Shown here: piece after piece, positions 11,371-22,776 of the stretch
Layout: each line of letters opens with the position of its first letter
Numbering within the stretch: position 1 is the first letter of the stretch
NCBI GenBank assembly: GCA_964019335.1
Contig: OZ025740.1
Location: forward strand, 248,001-312,000
Direction: 5' to 3'
Origin: Diplonema japonicum
Lineage: Eukaryota > Protista > Euglenozoa: Diplonemea
DNA length: 64,000 nt
Position numbers and translations under genes: made by a program
The notes under the pieces: model-generated
Databases searched by the model: none
Told to the model about the DNA's origin: nothing
What the model saw: the letters and a program-made list of their open reading frames with translations, nothing else

Positions 11371-13992
11371 TGACTTTGGTTGCTTCATAAACCGCCTGGC
11401 GTACGAGCAACCTCTTAACCGCGCTAGCGGATGTTGCTACCCTTCTGTGCTGAAGGATGCATGGCTGTGGGAAGGGTGGACTGCGTTCTGGTAGGTTGTT
11501 GTGCTCTGTAGTCAGGCACGAAGGGGTCGGACCACTCTTCTCTGTGCAGTCAGTTCTGCGCATTGTCTTTCTAGAATTTCGCACGTTCTGCTGGATGCGA
11601 ATTTCGGCCTTCCGGTGTACCCCTTCAATCGCTTGGGTGCACCTATCGATCGTAATGCCACGGATTCTGTTATTTCCCTGGGTATGAATGGCTTTGGTGC
11701 GTGTGCCTCGGCTGCGCCCATCAGCTTTTCTATTATTTTTGCCAATCGGTTGGCCCTCTTGGTGCTGTCGTCTTATCTGCCTAAAACGTACACCCCACTC
11801 GTTAGCTCGAAGTCTATCACTAGCTCTAGTCTAGTTACCGACCCCTGCTTATTCCATTCTAATTTCGTAAGCCACTTGATTACTTCGGGCACTATCTGTG
11901 CTCCTATGAAGTTCATCTTCAAGTGCTTGCGGAACCATCTTATTTCTGGCACTGTGTACTTGCTCCACAGCACAGGGCGTCTCCAGACATGTATCCTTTT
12001 CTCATTCTTTTCTGCTATCATCTTGGTTGCGTCCGCAAGAGTTACCATGTTGACCAGCAGTTTCTGCACAATTTCTGGCTGCGGTACCTTGCAGTTTTTC
12101 GGTATGATTCCATGAAGTCTTAGACATTGAGGCATATCTTTCTTCGGAAAATTCATTACCGTGGTGTACATCGCTTCTTTTCGTATAGATCCATACTCTT
12201 TGCACTTCCAGTAGATATGTTCCATATACGCTGTGTAGGTTCCTGCCACTTGCCCGCATCCCCTGCACAGTACTCTTGGATCTTCTACCTTGGGGTGGAC
12301 CATCTCAAGAGCTCCAGTCAGCATTCTCCTTGCATTGTTCTGTATCTGCCACGCTTTAGCCGTCTTCCATATCACGTTTGTCCTCTGTTCGTCCACTCCC
12401 TCTTTTATTCCCTCGAGGGTTGGTCGTTCTCGGCGACATCTGTCCTCTGCGGTATCTTTTGATACGAAGGCGATGTGTACCATCATTCCTTTTGGTTGCT
12501 TGCCAACTGCTCTTAGCCATGTCCATCCTAGCTTCAGTGGCTGAAGTACACTGCGCTTTAGGTTGCTCACCGGTCCTACGCCTCTTTTGCTGTGCACCTT
12601 CTTCAGCAGTTTTTTTATCCTTCTGCATCTTTTCCTCACCGGGGCTTTCTTCATCAACTTGGTGTAGGCACCCAACATCCTGTACATCGCTGCCATCACC
12701 GGATCATGTGTATGGCCTGGGAGTACCACGTTCAGTAGGTCGGTGATGAACGAGTCGCGTACTTGGGTCCCCATAGAGCACTGTCACTGCTATCCTTAGG
12801 TCTTCTAGGCGTTGCTGCGTTGGTGGCTCGTACAAAACACCATAGAGGGCTGCCGGGATGATGTTCTGTGCCACTATCAACGACTTTTTCACGAACGGTA
12901 GTTGTGTCGCTCCTAGCCGTCTTGCCGCCTCTATCGCGTTCGAGACCCTTTTGTGGCCCGCTTGTCGTGCTCTCGTCATGTGGATCGTAACCCCGAGCAC
13001 TTTCACTGCTTTCGTCGATGCATAAGTGAACTCACCATCCTTCACTCTGGACACGTATCCCTTCTTCGTCGAGAATGTTAACGTCTTTGGTTTGCTTATG
13101 ATCATCCCGGTGATCATGCAGAACATCTTGGCAACGTTCATCGCTTCTTGTATCGGCTTCTCCCCTTCCTTGGACACCGCAGTGAGGTCGTCGGCGTAGG
13201 AGGTTACGATGGCATCGGTGCTCTCCTCCATGTCCGCTACCAGCACTGACAAGAGGGCGTTGATGAGGACCGCTGACAGGGGGCACCCTTGTAGAATGCC
13301 ATTCGTCACTTCAAAGGGGTCTCCCACTCCATTAGGAAGTTTTAGTCTCCGTGACAGGTTGGCGTAAACGTATCGCAGTGGTCTCGCTATGCAAGGATGT
13401 AGTCCTATTTCCTCAACCAGCCTCAGGGATAGCTCCTGTGGCACTGTATGGAAATCTACAGCGACTCCATGTAACTGTACTCCTCCAAGTATCGCTGCTT
13501 CAACCCTCGTTTCAGGACCATAAATCCTCCCTGGCCATCATACGCCAGGAGGTGCTCGCTCTCCATGTCATCACCTCCGAACACGTGTATGTACGGGATG
13601 CTACTTTCGACCACCATCACGGCGATCTTCAGTCCGGTGGCCTTTGCTAAGGCCTGCAGTACCAGCCAGTCTCCCCTTACCCCTGGCTTCCTCATCCTTG
13701 AGATGTATTCATCCCAATCACCTTCAACGCACCTTGCACAGACTGCGTCCGTCTCCATCGCGTACACTGCCATATCTCTGATATGGCGTGCTGCCGTCAC
13801 GTCCCCATTGGTGCAGTATGACACCGCCCTAAAGAGGGAGTCCCCTCCCTTCCCGACTGCATGGACTTTCAGTCCGTATTTCTTCACGAGCTCTCTGAGC
13901 TCCTTCCTCGTCTCTCCTGCCTCTCTGCCAGAACCATTATGATTCCGCCCAGGGGCTGCCGCCGGGAAGGCGGGCAGGCTGGGACTTTCCAT
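11371..13992 (-). mobile_element. Internally deleted, frameshifted non-LTR retrotransposon related to 26491-33075 (OTU-like ORF1 start joined to the RT C-terminal half)
   Basis: 13456..13992 is OTU-like (GGDSLFRAVS...GDWLVLQALA). 12704..13444 has RT motifs GILQGCPLS and YADD. 11773..12774 has a CRGC..HIYWKC knuckle. Shares the 3' stem-loop of the full-length copy. Confidence 0.92.
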
Positions 13993-14181
13993 GATTGTTT
14001 ATAAAAGTTTGTTTTATTGATTGAGTTTGTTTTATTAATAAAATAAAATAAAATGAAAACCGAAAAAGTAAAAAAAAAAAAGAAAAGAAAACCCCTCCCG
14101 ACGAGACAAAAACCCAACGGGACAAAGTGCCTTAAAAACATAGCCAAAAAGTAACCACATAACTGGAGGTACGGGAAGTAT

Positions 14182-14212
<31 letters not shown>

Positions 14213-14869
14213 GTTGCAATTTTATCCTGCGGACGTACATCATTCTTTTTTTTTAAAAAAGATATTTGTTCCCAGAGGGAGCACATCTGACAGAAGAGGA
14301 GAAAAAAAGAAAAACGCCAAAAGCTACCCCCCCCCCCCCCCCCCCCCCCTCCACCCATGAAGTAAAATGAGCAAAAACTAAAGATAAAATTTGAAGCAGC
14401 TACTTCACCTTACTTCGCCCATTTGCATTCTAAAAAAAAGGGGGGGGGGAGGCGGTGGTTCAAAAGCGAAATAATAAAAAATAAAAAATAAAAATTAAAA
14501 AAAAAAAAACGATATACAAAAAAAGAAAAGCTTTCAGTGTGTAAAAACATACTCACTGAGAAAGAAAAGGCAGAGGGGTGAGAGAGAGAGAGAGGGGGGG
14601 GCGCGCAAAAAAAAAAAAAAAAAAAAAATCTCAAGGGAATCCCACTTTTTCATTTTCCCCTCATCTTTTGTCTGGACACACCTTCTATAGCAGAATAAAT
14701 TTGATCAAGATTTCAAAGCCATTTACAGAATTGATACAGGGGGCGACTTGCGTTGCAAGACATTCTTGTTTGAATTCTTTCGCAGAAGTTCGTCTTCCCA
14801 CGATATAAGAATGTATTTGCACCAAGAGATCTGAGAGAAACGAGAAAAAAAAAAAAAAGAAACTCCACA

Positions 14870-17800
14870 CTATGTGGAAGTGGGGAACTTTGTCTCGTTT
14901 CTAACTGTCGTTGATGTGGGCAACTCGTCTGCGCTTACCCCAGCGTACATCAAGAGGTTGGCTCGTTGCTCCTCTGTCAGCTTTTGTGTTGCAAACATTT
15001 TCTTGTTCCTGTCGTGCTCCTCCTCACTGCTCACAGCTGCTCTGCTGACATCGGTCGTTACCTTTGCGTCCGCCTCATCACGAACCATAGTGTCATAGTC
15101 TCGTTTATGCCTTATTTTTTTAGAGGATGCTTCATCTCTGATGGTGTGCCCGGCAGCGTTCCCTGTCACGAGCTCGTCCTGCGTAGGGGTACTACGTGTG
15201 CTGATCTTACTTTTCTTGCCAGCAGCCTTGTCGTCATCGGTGGAGCTTCTCTTTCTTTCAAGCTCGGCATCAACACGAGCTGCTTTGTACTTAGAGATAT
15301 CAGACGTCTGCTCTTTGGGTGCGGTGTTTTTGAATTGTGCAGCAGAACTTATATACTTGGTCAGGTCGTGGGCGGTCTGATGCGACGGGGCCTGTGGTTC
15401 TGTCTTCTTGTCGATGCTTGCACCACCTGTTGCAAGGTCGCTCACGGTGCCGCTGTACTTCTTGGCTTCCTCGTTCTTCTCTTCACGGTATTTGGCCCAG
15501 TCGATCTGCCCGCTGACGGCTTTCGCGTGGTGGTTGTTTTCCGCCTCCGTTGGCTTAGCGTTAGCAGTTGCGTTGGCGTTGTGTTTCTCATGCATTTTGG
15601 ATGTGTTCCTTACAGCTGTGGCTTTTGACAGAACGGACGATCTGGTGCCCGGCTTGGAAGTCGTCTGGGCGTACCTGGAGTCGGGGCCGAAAGGCTTCTT
15701 GACAGAGAGCGTGAATTTCTCTTGTTCGTCGCTGTCGGTGGTATCGAAGTGTGTTCCCGCCTTGTTCGACCCATTCGTGGATTCCTCATGCAGCATAGCT
15801 GATGGCTTCCTTGCGACACCTTCCCTGCCCTCGTCTCTTACATTGCGCTTGACAGGCTCTTCGTCGTCCCTCGGAAGGTCTGAGCTATTCCTGTTTTGGT
15901 TGTGCCTGCTGTCGTCACTGGTGGTACCTTTAACCGCAGGTTCTTCGTCATCCTTGTGTGCGGTGGTTTTTGAAACAGCTTTTAAGCCCTTCCTGCTCGT
16001 GCTGCCTTCAGCCCTCCCAATCGCAGGTTCTTCGTTGTTTTTTTTACTGTGTTCCCTGGTCGCCGACTCTTCACCGTCGTCGTCGTGTGCTAGCCTCTTG
16101 TCCTTGTTTGCGGGTCCTTCATGAGCAGAAGCCTTCGAGGTGGGTGCATCGTGTGAAGCGGGTTTAAGCTTTGCACTCGCAGCCGTGCTGTCAGCACTGG
16201 TCTTCTTTCTACGAACTACAGGCTCTTCGTCATCGTCGTCGTGCGCGGTTGTTTCGCGTATTTTCAGTGAGCTCCTGCGTGCCGCGCCTTCCCTGTCGGC
16301 ATGGCTGTCCCTTCTCGAGGGTTCTTCCTCATCCAGCGTCCGGCGGTACTTGGCCCTGTGACTGGCATCTTTGGCAAGGTAGGTGCCTTTCCTGTCTCGC
16401 TCGCTTGCAGCCTCTTCGTCGACATTTCGGTTGCTCCTGAGTGGCTCGGATCTGCTCCTCACGGCTCTTTTAAGAGTGGCTTCCTCGTCCTCGTCATGTT
16501 CATGGGTTGCAGTCGTGTCTTTGCGCTTCGACTCAAATCTGGTGTTTAGCTCTTCTTCCTCTCGGGGTTTGGGACTGTTCCTTGCGGATCTTTTGAGGGC
16601 GAGTTTTTCATCTTCGTCGTACTTATGCTTCGCAGTCCTTCGGGTTTCATCTTCGCGCTGTGACTCAAACCTGTTCCTCATCCTAGGCTCCTCGTCGGCA
16701 CTTCGGACTGTCTTGCTGTTCCTTGCGGCTCTGGTCGCGAGAAGTTCATCATCTTCGTCGTACTTATGTTTTACAGCCCTTGAGGTTGCAACTTTACGCT
16801 GTGACTCACGCTTGCTGGCAGGTTCTTCGTCGATATTTCGGTTGGACGCTGTCCTGCTGTCCTCCGTGTTTTTGTGCCTGTTCCTTGCGGCTCTGGTCGG
16901 GGGCTCTTCATCTTCATCGTACTTATGTTTCGCAGTCCTTCTAGCTGTGTCCTCATTTCGGTAGGACGCTGTTTTGTGCAATGTGCTCTCTTCCTTGGGC
17001 CTGCTCCTTGCGGCTCCTTTGAGGGTGAGCTCTTCATCTTCGTCGTACTTATGTTTTACAGCTCTTGGGGTCGCATCTTTACGCTGTGACTCACGCCTGC
17101 TGGCAGGTTCTTCATCGACATTTCGGTTGAGCGCTGTCCTGCTGTCCTCTGTGCTTTTGTGCCTGTTCCTCGCAGCTCTGGTCGGGAGGAGCTCTTCATC
17201 TTCATCGTACTTATGTTTCGCAGTCCTTCTAGTTGTGTCTTTTATCCTTGCAGGCTCTATGTCGCTATTGCGGTTCTTCGCTGTCCTGCTCCTTGCGGTT
17301 CCTTTGAGGGCGAGCTCTTCATCTTCGTCGTACTTTGCATTGGGCCTGCTGCCCGGCGGTGTGATCTTTATCCTTGCAGGCTCTTCGCTGTTTTCTGTGC
17401 TCTTGAGCCTGTTCTCGTCATCTTGCTTCGCAGCCCTTCGCGGAGTAGTAGGTGTCGTGCCATTCCTTGCATGCTCGACGTCAGCGCGTGCTGTCTTGTA
17501 CTTGGCAATGTCTGGGGACCTCGCATCGTTGTCGTTGTGTGCAGCGTTCATGTACTTTGTGATGTCGCTGCCCCGTGGTTTTGCGGCAGTCTCCTTGTAC
17601 TTCGAGAGGTCGTACGACACCTTGTCGGAGTCAGGCTTCTGCGGTTCGCTTGTGATGTTGGTGTCGGCCACTGTGGCCCGGTCGGAGACGGTACCACCGT
17701 ACTTCCGTGCTTCTTCTTGTTTCTCAACGCGGTACCTTGCCCAGTCTATTTTGGTTAACCCTTTCGAGTGCCGTGTGGGTGGCGGTGCTGGAGGCTCAGG

Positions 17801-18016
17801 TGAGGGCGGGTCATCAGATACCACAACTGAGCTTTGCACTGTTATCAGCTGGGATTTCATGTTGTTGGGAGTTGTCTGATATTTCTCGCCGTGGTGCATG
17901 CGGGGTGCTTCTACTGCCTTTTCAGAGTCTATAGTTCCGAAGGCTCGCGCGTTGACGTTGAAGCAGATAGCGACGACGAGCACGATGGTGACGAAAAGGA
18001 TGTTCTTCCAGCTCAT
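14870..18016 (-). CDS. Secreted or membrane-anchored, highly charged repetitive protein of unknown function
   Basis: Hydrophobic N-terminus (MSWKNILFVTIVLVVAICF). Repeated KHKYDEDEE blocks. A module IDWA(R/K)YR.EK.EEA.KY.GTVSD.AT occurs near both ends. Confidence 0.8.
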   Translation of the reverse strand: MSWKNILFVTIVLVVAICFNVNARAFGTIDSEKAVEAPRMHHGEKYQTTPNNMKSQLITVQSSVVVSDDPPSPEPPAPPPTRHSKGLTKIDWARYRVEKQEEARKYGGTVSDRATVADTNITSEPQKPDSDKVSYDLSKYKETAAKPRGSDITKYMNAAHNDNDARSPDIAKYKTARADVEHARNGTTPTTPRRAAKQDDENRLKSTENSEEPARIKITPPGSRPNAKYDEDEELALKGTARSRTAKNRNSDIEPARIKDTTRRTAKHKYDEDEELLPTRAARNRHKSTEDSRTALNRNVDEEPASRRESQRKDATPRAVKHKYDEDEELTLKGAARSRPKEESTLHKTASYRNEDTARRTAKHKYDEDEEPPTRAARNRHKNTEDSRTASNRNIDEEPASKRESQRKVATSRAVKHKYDEDDELLATRAARNSKTVRSADEEPRMRNRFESQREDETRRTAKHKYDEDEKLALKRSARNSPKPREEEELNTRFESKRKDTTATHEHDEDEEATLKRAVRSRSEPLRSNRNVDEEAASERDRKGTYLAKDASHRAKYRRTLDEEEPSRRDSHADREGAARRSSLKIRETTAHDDDDEEPVVRRKKTSADSTAASAKLKPASHDAPTSKASAHEGPANKDKRLAHDDDGEESATREHSKKNNEEPAIGRAEGSTSRKGLKAVSKTTAHKDDEEPAVKGTTSDDSRHNQNRNSSDLPRDDEEPVKRNVRDEGREGVARKPSAMLHEESTNGSNKAGTHFDTTDSDEQEKFTLSVKKPFGPDSRYAQTTSKPGTRSSVLSKATAVRNTSKMHEKHNANATANAKPTEAENNHHAKAVSGQIDWAKYREEKNEEAKKYSGTVSDLATGGASIDKKTEPQAPSHQTAHDLTKYISSAAQFKNTAPKEQTSDISKYKAARVDAELERKRSSTDDDKAAGKKSKISTRSTPTQDELVTGNAAGHTIRDEASSKKIRHKRDYDTMVRDEADAKVTTDVSRAAVSSEEEHDRNKKMFATQKLTEEQRANLLMYAGVSADELPTSTTVRNETKFPTST

Positions 18017-18460
18017 TTGTTTGCTTTTTTTTTTTTTTTCTCTCTCTCCCTCCCTCCACCCCCTGCCCCTTACACCTCCGCTCCCTCCTCTTTTTTTTTG
18101 GTGTTCGTTTAGAAAGAAATGAAGAAGAATAAGTAAAAAAGAAGAAGGGAAAAAAAAGGAGACGTTTGCTACAATGAAAGAAAATTTGGTCAAAAAAAGA
18201 AAGATTATTTCCGTGTTTGTCCCATGGTGCGTAAGCAAAAGAGAGAAAAAAAAAAGAGAAAAAAAAGAGACATTTAAGGGTACCCACGGTATGGCAGGAC
18301 GCCTAAAAAAAGAGGGGGGGAAAAAAATAAGATCTTGGTTCTAAACGCGCCAAAAAAAAAAAAAAAAAAAAAAAAAGGTTGACCGAAGAACTTTTTTTTT
18401 TCCCTTCACTTTTTTTTTTTTCGTTCTCTTCAATTTATTGGGTTTTTTGCACCTTTTGGC

Positions 18461-18491
<31 letters not shown>

Positions 18492-18831
18492 CGAACATTT
18501 TGTTTCAAAAAGATGTTCCCCCTCAGAAAAGCCAGTGAAAAGTGCTTTTTTTTTTTGGAGAAACTTTTTTTCAGATTTCGGGATTTAAAAAAAAATATAT
18601 AAAATCATTGACCATATAATTCTTTCAAAAAAGAAAACGCGTAGGGTATCCCTCTTTTTTTTTTTTTTTTTTTGAGTTCTTGTTTTCGATTTTTCCCAGA
18701 CGAGACTTGAATAAGGAGGAAAGGGGGAGGTCCTTTCCTTCCCCCTCCCCTTTTTTTCCCCCACATATTTCAACGCCCCCTCAAGAGAGTTTAAAAAAAA
18801 AAAAAAAAAACACACGTTATAACGAGAGAGC

Positions 18832-18882
<51 letters not shown>

Positions 18883-18898
18883 GCACGATAATATGATT

Positions 18899-20365
18899 CT
18901 AACATTGGAAACAAGTACAAGTAAGGTTTTTCGACATTACCAGCTGCTTCAAGGAGGCGGTCTTGTCCTGATTGGCCCCGCTCACATCTGTTGTCTCAAA
19001 GGGGTCAGCATTCAAGTCGAAAAGCATCATGTTGTCGGCCATCGAAGGCTTCATGTGCACGGTATCGTTACAGAAAGGCACGACTCCCTTCCACTGCCCC
19101 TGCCTGACCCCGTACCCGGACCCCGTTCCTGAAGAAGCCCACATCTCGGGTGTGTCAAGAACCTCCCCAGCACCATCCCACGTAAAGTACATATATTCAT
19201 GTTCTTCTTGAGTCTGCCCAAGGAGGGTAGGGAGAATGCTGAGCCCATCGATCTCAGCCGGGAGGGATTCTGGAGGAACACCGGCCATATCAGCAAAGGT
19301 AGGCATCGCGTCCCAAAATGCCCATTGGAAATCGGAGGTTCTTCCGGGTTGAATTGTTCCGGGCCATCTTGCCATGGTGGGTGAACGCACTCCGCCTTCA
19401 TAAAGTGATCTCTTGTGCCCGTTCAACCCGCCTGTTGAATTGAAGAACTTGTAGCTGTGCCCGCCCTCAAGATGCGCACCATTGTCGCTCGCGAAGAATA
19501 TAACAGTGTTGTTGTCAATCCCCAACGAATGCATTTTATCCATCAAATCTCCGATGTACTTGTCCATGTATGTAATAACGGCCGCGTGGTCTACTTCAAC
19601 ATCAGGCCAATCCCCCAAATGTGGCGCGTATTGCAAATCAGTCGGTACAGGAGCACCCTGTTCCTTACCAGTGTCTGTCCACCCGCCTGCATGGGGTACT
19701 GTGAATGCGAGGTATAAGAAGAAGGGATCGGGTTTGCCCGCGAGCTCGTCGATGAACCGCATCCCGTTCGCTTGGAAGAGATCGACTGTGTAATTGTACG
19801 CATCCGGGGTGGCCATGCACAGCTCACGGTTTTTCGTCTTATTGTTCAAAGGAAGGTTCAACGCGAACGGTACCTGCTCGGGACTCGTTTGCTGATCGAT
19901 ACGATCCGGATACATATTATGCGCGTCCATCTGACTCACTTGCCCAACGAAATAATCGAAACCCTGTTGCAGCGGTGATACAAGCGGTGCTATCTTTCCA
20001 GAGGCTGCTGTGTTGTAGCCAGCTTTTTTCAAAACCTGTGCTGTCGTAGTCACGTTCAGATTCACGGGAAGGGTCGTACCAGGGAGACCGTGTTTTACGA
20101 AGTTTCCGGAGTGTCTTGATGTGAAGAAGGTAGTTCTGCTAGGAGCACACACTGTGTACCCTGCATATGCGTTGCTGAAGACGATGCCCTCGTTGCCGAA
20201 TTTGTCGAGGTTCGGTGTTGCTATCCTGCCGTGGACCGATCCTGCAGGGTACAGCCCCACCTCACCCCAGCCCATGTCATCCGCCATCACCCAGATTATG
20301 TTCGGCCTTGGTGCCGCAGCCGACATTGCTGTTATTGTTGCCACCAGGGCTGCTGTGGGCAGCAT
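18899..20365 (-). CDS. Secreted S1 (formylglycine-dependent) sulfatase
   Basis: Signal peptide, PNIIWVMADDMGWG, CAPSR catalytic motif, SDNG, KRSLYEGGVRSP, LFDLNADPFE. ATG at 20365 after an A run. Confidence 0.95.
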   Translation of the reverse strand: MLPTAALVATITAMSAAAPRPNIIWVMADDMGWGEVGLYPAGSVHGRIATPNLDKFGNEGIVFSNAYAGYTVCAPSRTTFFTSRHSGNFVKHGLPGTTLPVNLNVTTTAQVLKKAGYNTAASGKIAPLVSPLQQGFDYFVGQVSQMDAHNMYPDRIDQQTSPEQVPFALNLPLNNKTKNRELCMATPDAYNYTVDLFQANGMRFIDELAGKPDPFFLYLAFTVPHAGGWTDTGKEQGAPVPTDLQYAPHLGDWPDVEVDHAAVITYMDKYIGDLMDKMHSLGIDNNTVIFFASDNGAHLEGGHSYKFFNSTGGLNGHKRSLYEGGVRSPTMARWPGTIQPGRTSDFQWAFWDAMPTFADMAGVPPESLPAEIDGLSILPTLLGQTQEEHEYMYFTWDGAGEVLDTPEMWASSGTGSGYGVRQGQWKGVVPFCNDTVHMKPSMADNMMLFDLNADPFETTDVSGANQDKTASLKQLVMSKNLTCTCFQC

Positions 20366-20973
20366 TTTTTTTTTTCTTCCTTTTTTTTTTTTTCTTTTTT
20401 TTTTATCGCCCAAAAAAAAAAAAAAAAAAAAAAAAAATGTGTTCAACTCGGCGTTGTCTTGCAGGAGAGGTGGGCGGTGGAGATCCTGACGGAGCTGAGC
20501 GCGGACGTCCATCTGGCAGTTCAACCAGCGAAGTGTGAGCTGATTTGGGTGCGGTGTTCGACAGCCTGGTGAGGGACACGATAGGCTGCCTGGCCGGGCA
20601 AGTGGCAGCAAGGAAGCAGGCCTCTTTTTTTTTGAGATTGAAGAACAGAGGGAAAAAAGTAGCAGGGTAGAGGAAAGAAAAAAAAAGAGGGGGGAAAAAA
20701 GGTACGCATCAAAAAAAAGGGGGGGAAAGTGGGGGGGGGGGGGGGGGGGGGATGTACAGAAGAAAAAGTTTTCTCCCCCCCCCCCGCTGTTGTTTGCTGA
20801 CACACTATGGGTAAAGAGAGAACGAATGAAATGGAAAAAAAAAAAGAAGAAGAAAAAAAGAAAGTGGCGGGAAAGCATCGTCGTTACTTGAATAAAAGAG
20901 ATTTCTTCTTTCTTCTCTTTCTTTTCTTTCTTTTCTACACGCGCAAGAGGGTTAGGTATCTAGAAAAAAGGTT

Positions 20974-21004
<31 letters not shown>

Positions 21005-21340
21005 GGTAAAGTTTTCTTTTTCTCTCCTCATTGTTCTACGATTCTTGACAATATATGCTGAGGGGGGGGGATAAAAAACCACATTGGCTCTGTCTTTCTT
21101 TTGTCTCAAAAACCAGGTTTGACAAAAAAAAAAAATAACAACTACAACAAGGTTGGAGAAAAAAGGGAGGAAAAAGAAGGGGGGGGAAAAAAAAACGCGC
21201 AATTTCTTTTTTTTTTTTCGAAAAGGAAACGGGGGGAGGGCATTTCGACTCTCCTTTAGTCACCTATGGACCAAACCACAGCCGGACCTACTGCACTTTT
21301 TTGATGCCTTCGACGTGATATAAATGGGGTTTAGTGAAAA

Positions 21341-21372
<32 letters not shown>

Positions 21373-21879
21373 AAAACTCATATTAAAAGACAATCCCGCT
21401 TGAGGACAGCCGTTTCGTAGCTTCGACACGCGATCTTTTTTTTGTGTCCCTTTCAACTCCTGTAGCTTTTGCGCTTGCCTCCGATCTGCGTTGGCTCTCT
21501 CCACCAACAGCTTGATTCTGCGTGCATTCCCTGCATGCTGTAGGCGCCCAGCGACTTACTGGTCGTCTCCTCGAGGTCGAGTGCAAGTTCAGCTGCCGAA
21601 GCCTCCGAGTCGGTGTCGCAGCTTTCCCATATTGCTCCAGCAGAAAAAATAATTCTTTATGACTATATGTCTTTGTTGTTCGCACGAGCAAAAAAGATTT
21701 TTAAAAAGCTGCGAAAGTTTTTTGCTCGGCACAAGTTGCATATAGTTATAAAATCATTTTTTGAAAGATAAATATTTGTAACAAAAAAAAAAAGAAAGAA
21801 AAAACATGAGAAAACATGAAGAAGGAACAGTGCACCCGAACAACCTTGTAGATTCTGTATTTTTTTTTTTTTTTTTTTT

Positions 21880-22610
21880 TTTTATTTCACTCTTCAGAAA
21901 ATACTTCACGCACTGGGGGGCCCATTACTTCACGCTAAATCTCATTACTTCACGGTGAAATAATGGCCTGTTTTCCGTGAAGTAATAGGGGGTTTCCGTT
22001 AAATAATATGCCTCGGTAGGCCAATTTTTGCCTCGGTTCGGTTCCCAGTGGGGCTACTTTTTCCTCTCAGTTTGCTATTTCCCCCCAGGTTCAGCTCAAT
22101 TGGCCAACTTTTGCCTCGGCTCAGTTCCAAGTTGGACTACTTTTTCCTCCCAATTTGCCCACTTTTGGCTAGGCCTTGTTCCCAGTTTCTGTGGGTAACT
22201 CTTCTGTGGGTAAGGGTAACTTAGTCAGGTTACCCAAGCACCCCAAAAGACTTCAAAATACCGAAGCAGCAGAAAAAAAGGAGCCAGCGTAGGTATGGGA
22301 AGGCCTGATTAGAGATGGTGACAGTGGCAATGCCAGCGACAGCGGCAGCTCTTAGTCAACAAAAGGAGGAAAAACAACTTGTATTGTAACCTTTGTAACC
22401 CCTCTCTTGTTGTACCCCTTGTCACCCTGTTGTGCCCCTCGTGGTGAAGTAACTTCAGAGTGTCGTGAAATAAAACCACTTACCTACCGCCAAGTAATGC
22501 TTTACCGACCTCTCGGTTCCGCATTTTACCATCTCGGGCCCTGCGGGCCCTCGACGGTAAAATGCGGAACCTCGAGGTAACGGTAAAGTCATTACTTGTT
22601 GGCAGTAAAT
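21880..22610. mobile_element. Non-coding hairpin-ended element, copy A (possibly Crypton-like non-autonomous)
   Basis: Palindrome of about 105 bp at 22491-22597 centred on gggccc-tgc-gggccc. Inverted motif tttatttcac/gtgaaataaa. Internal direct repeat of about 83 bp. Same architecture, inverted, at 41610-42162. Confidence 0.55.
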
Positions 22611-22741
22611 AGCTATTTTTTTTTTTTTTTTTGTAAGAAGAAAAAAAAAAAGAAAAAAAAAAAGAGAAAACACCACCTCAAAACCTCAAAAACAGATGCA
22701 ATGCGATCGCTACTTTAAGAATTTATATTTAAAAAAAAAAA

Positions 22742-22771
<30 letters not shown>

Positions 22772-22776
<5 letters not shown>

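Noticed and set aside
21383-21691. 102-aa minus-strand ORF
   Set aside because: Non-ATG start and no recognisable motif.
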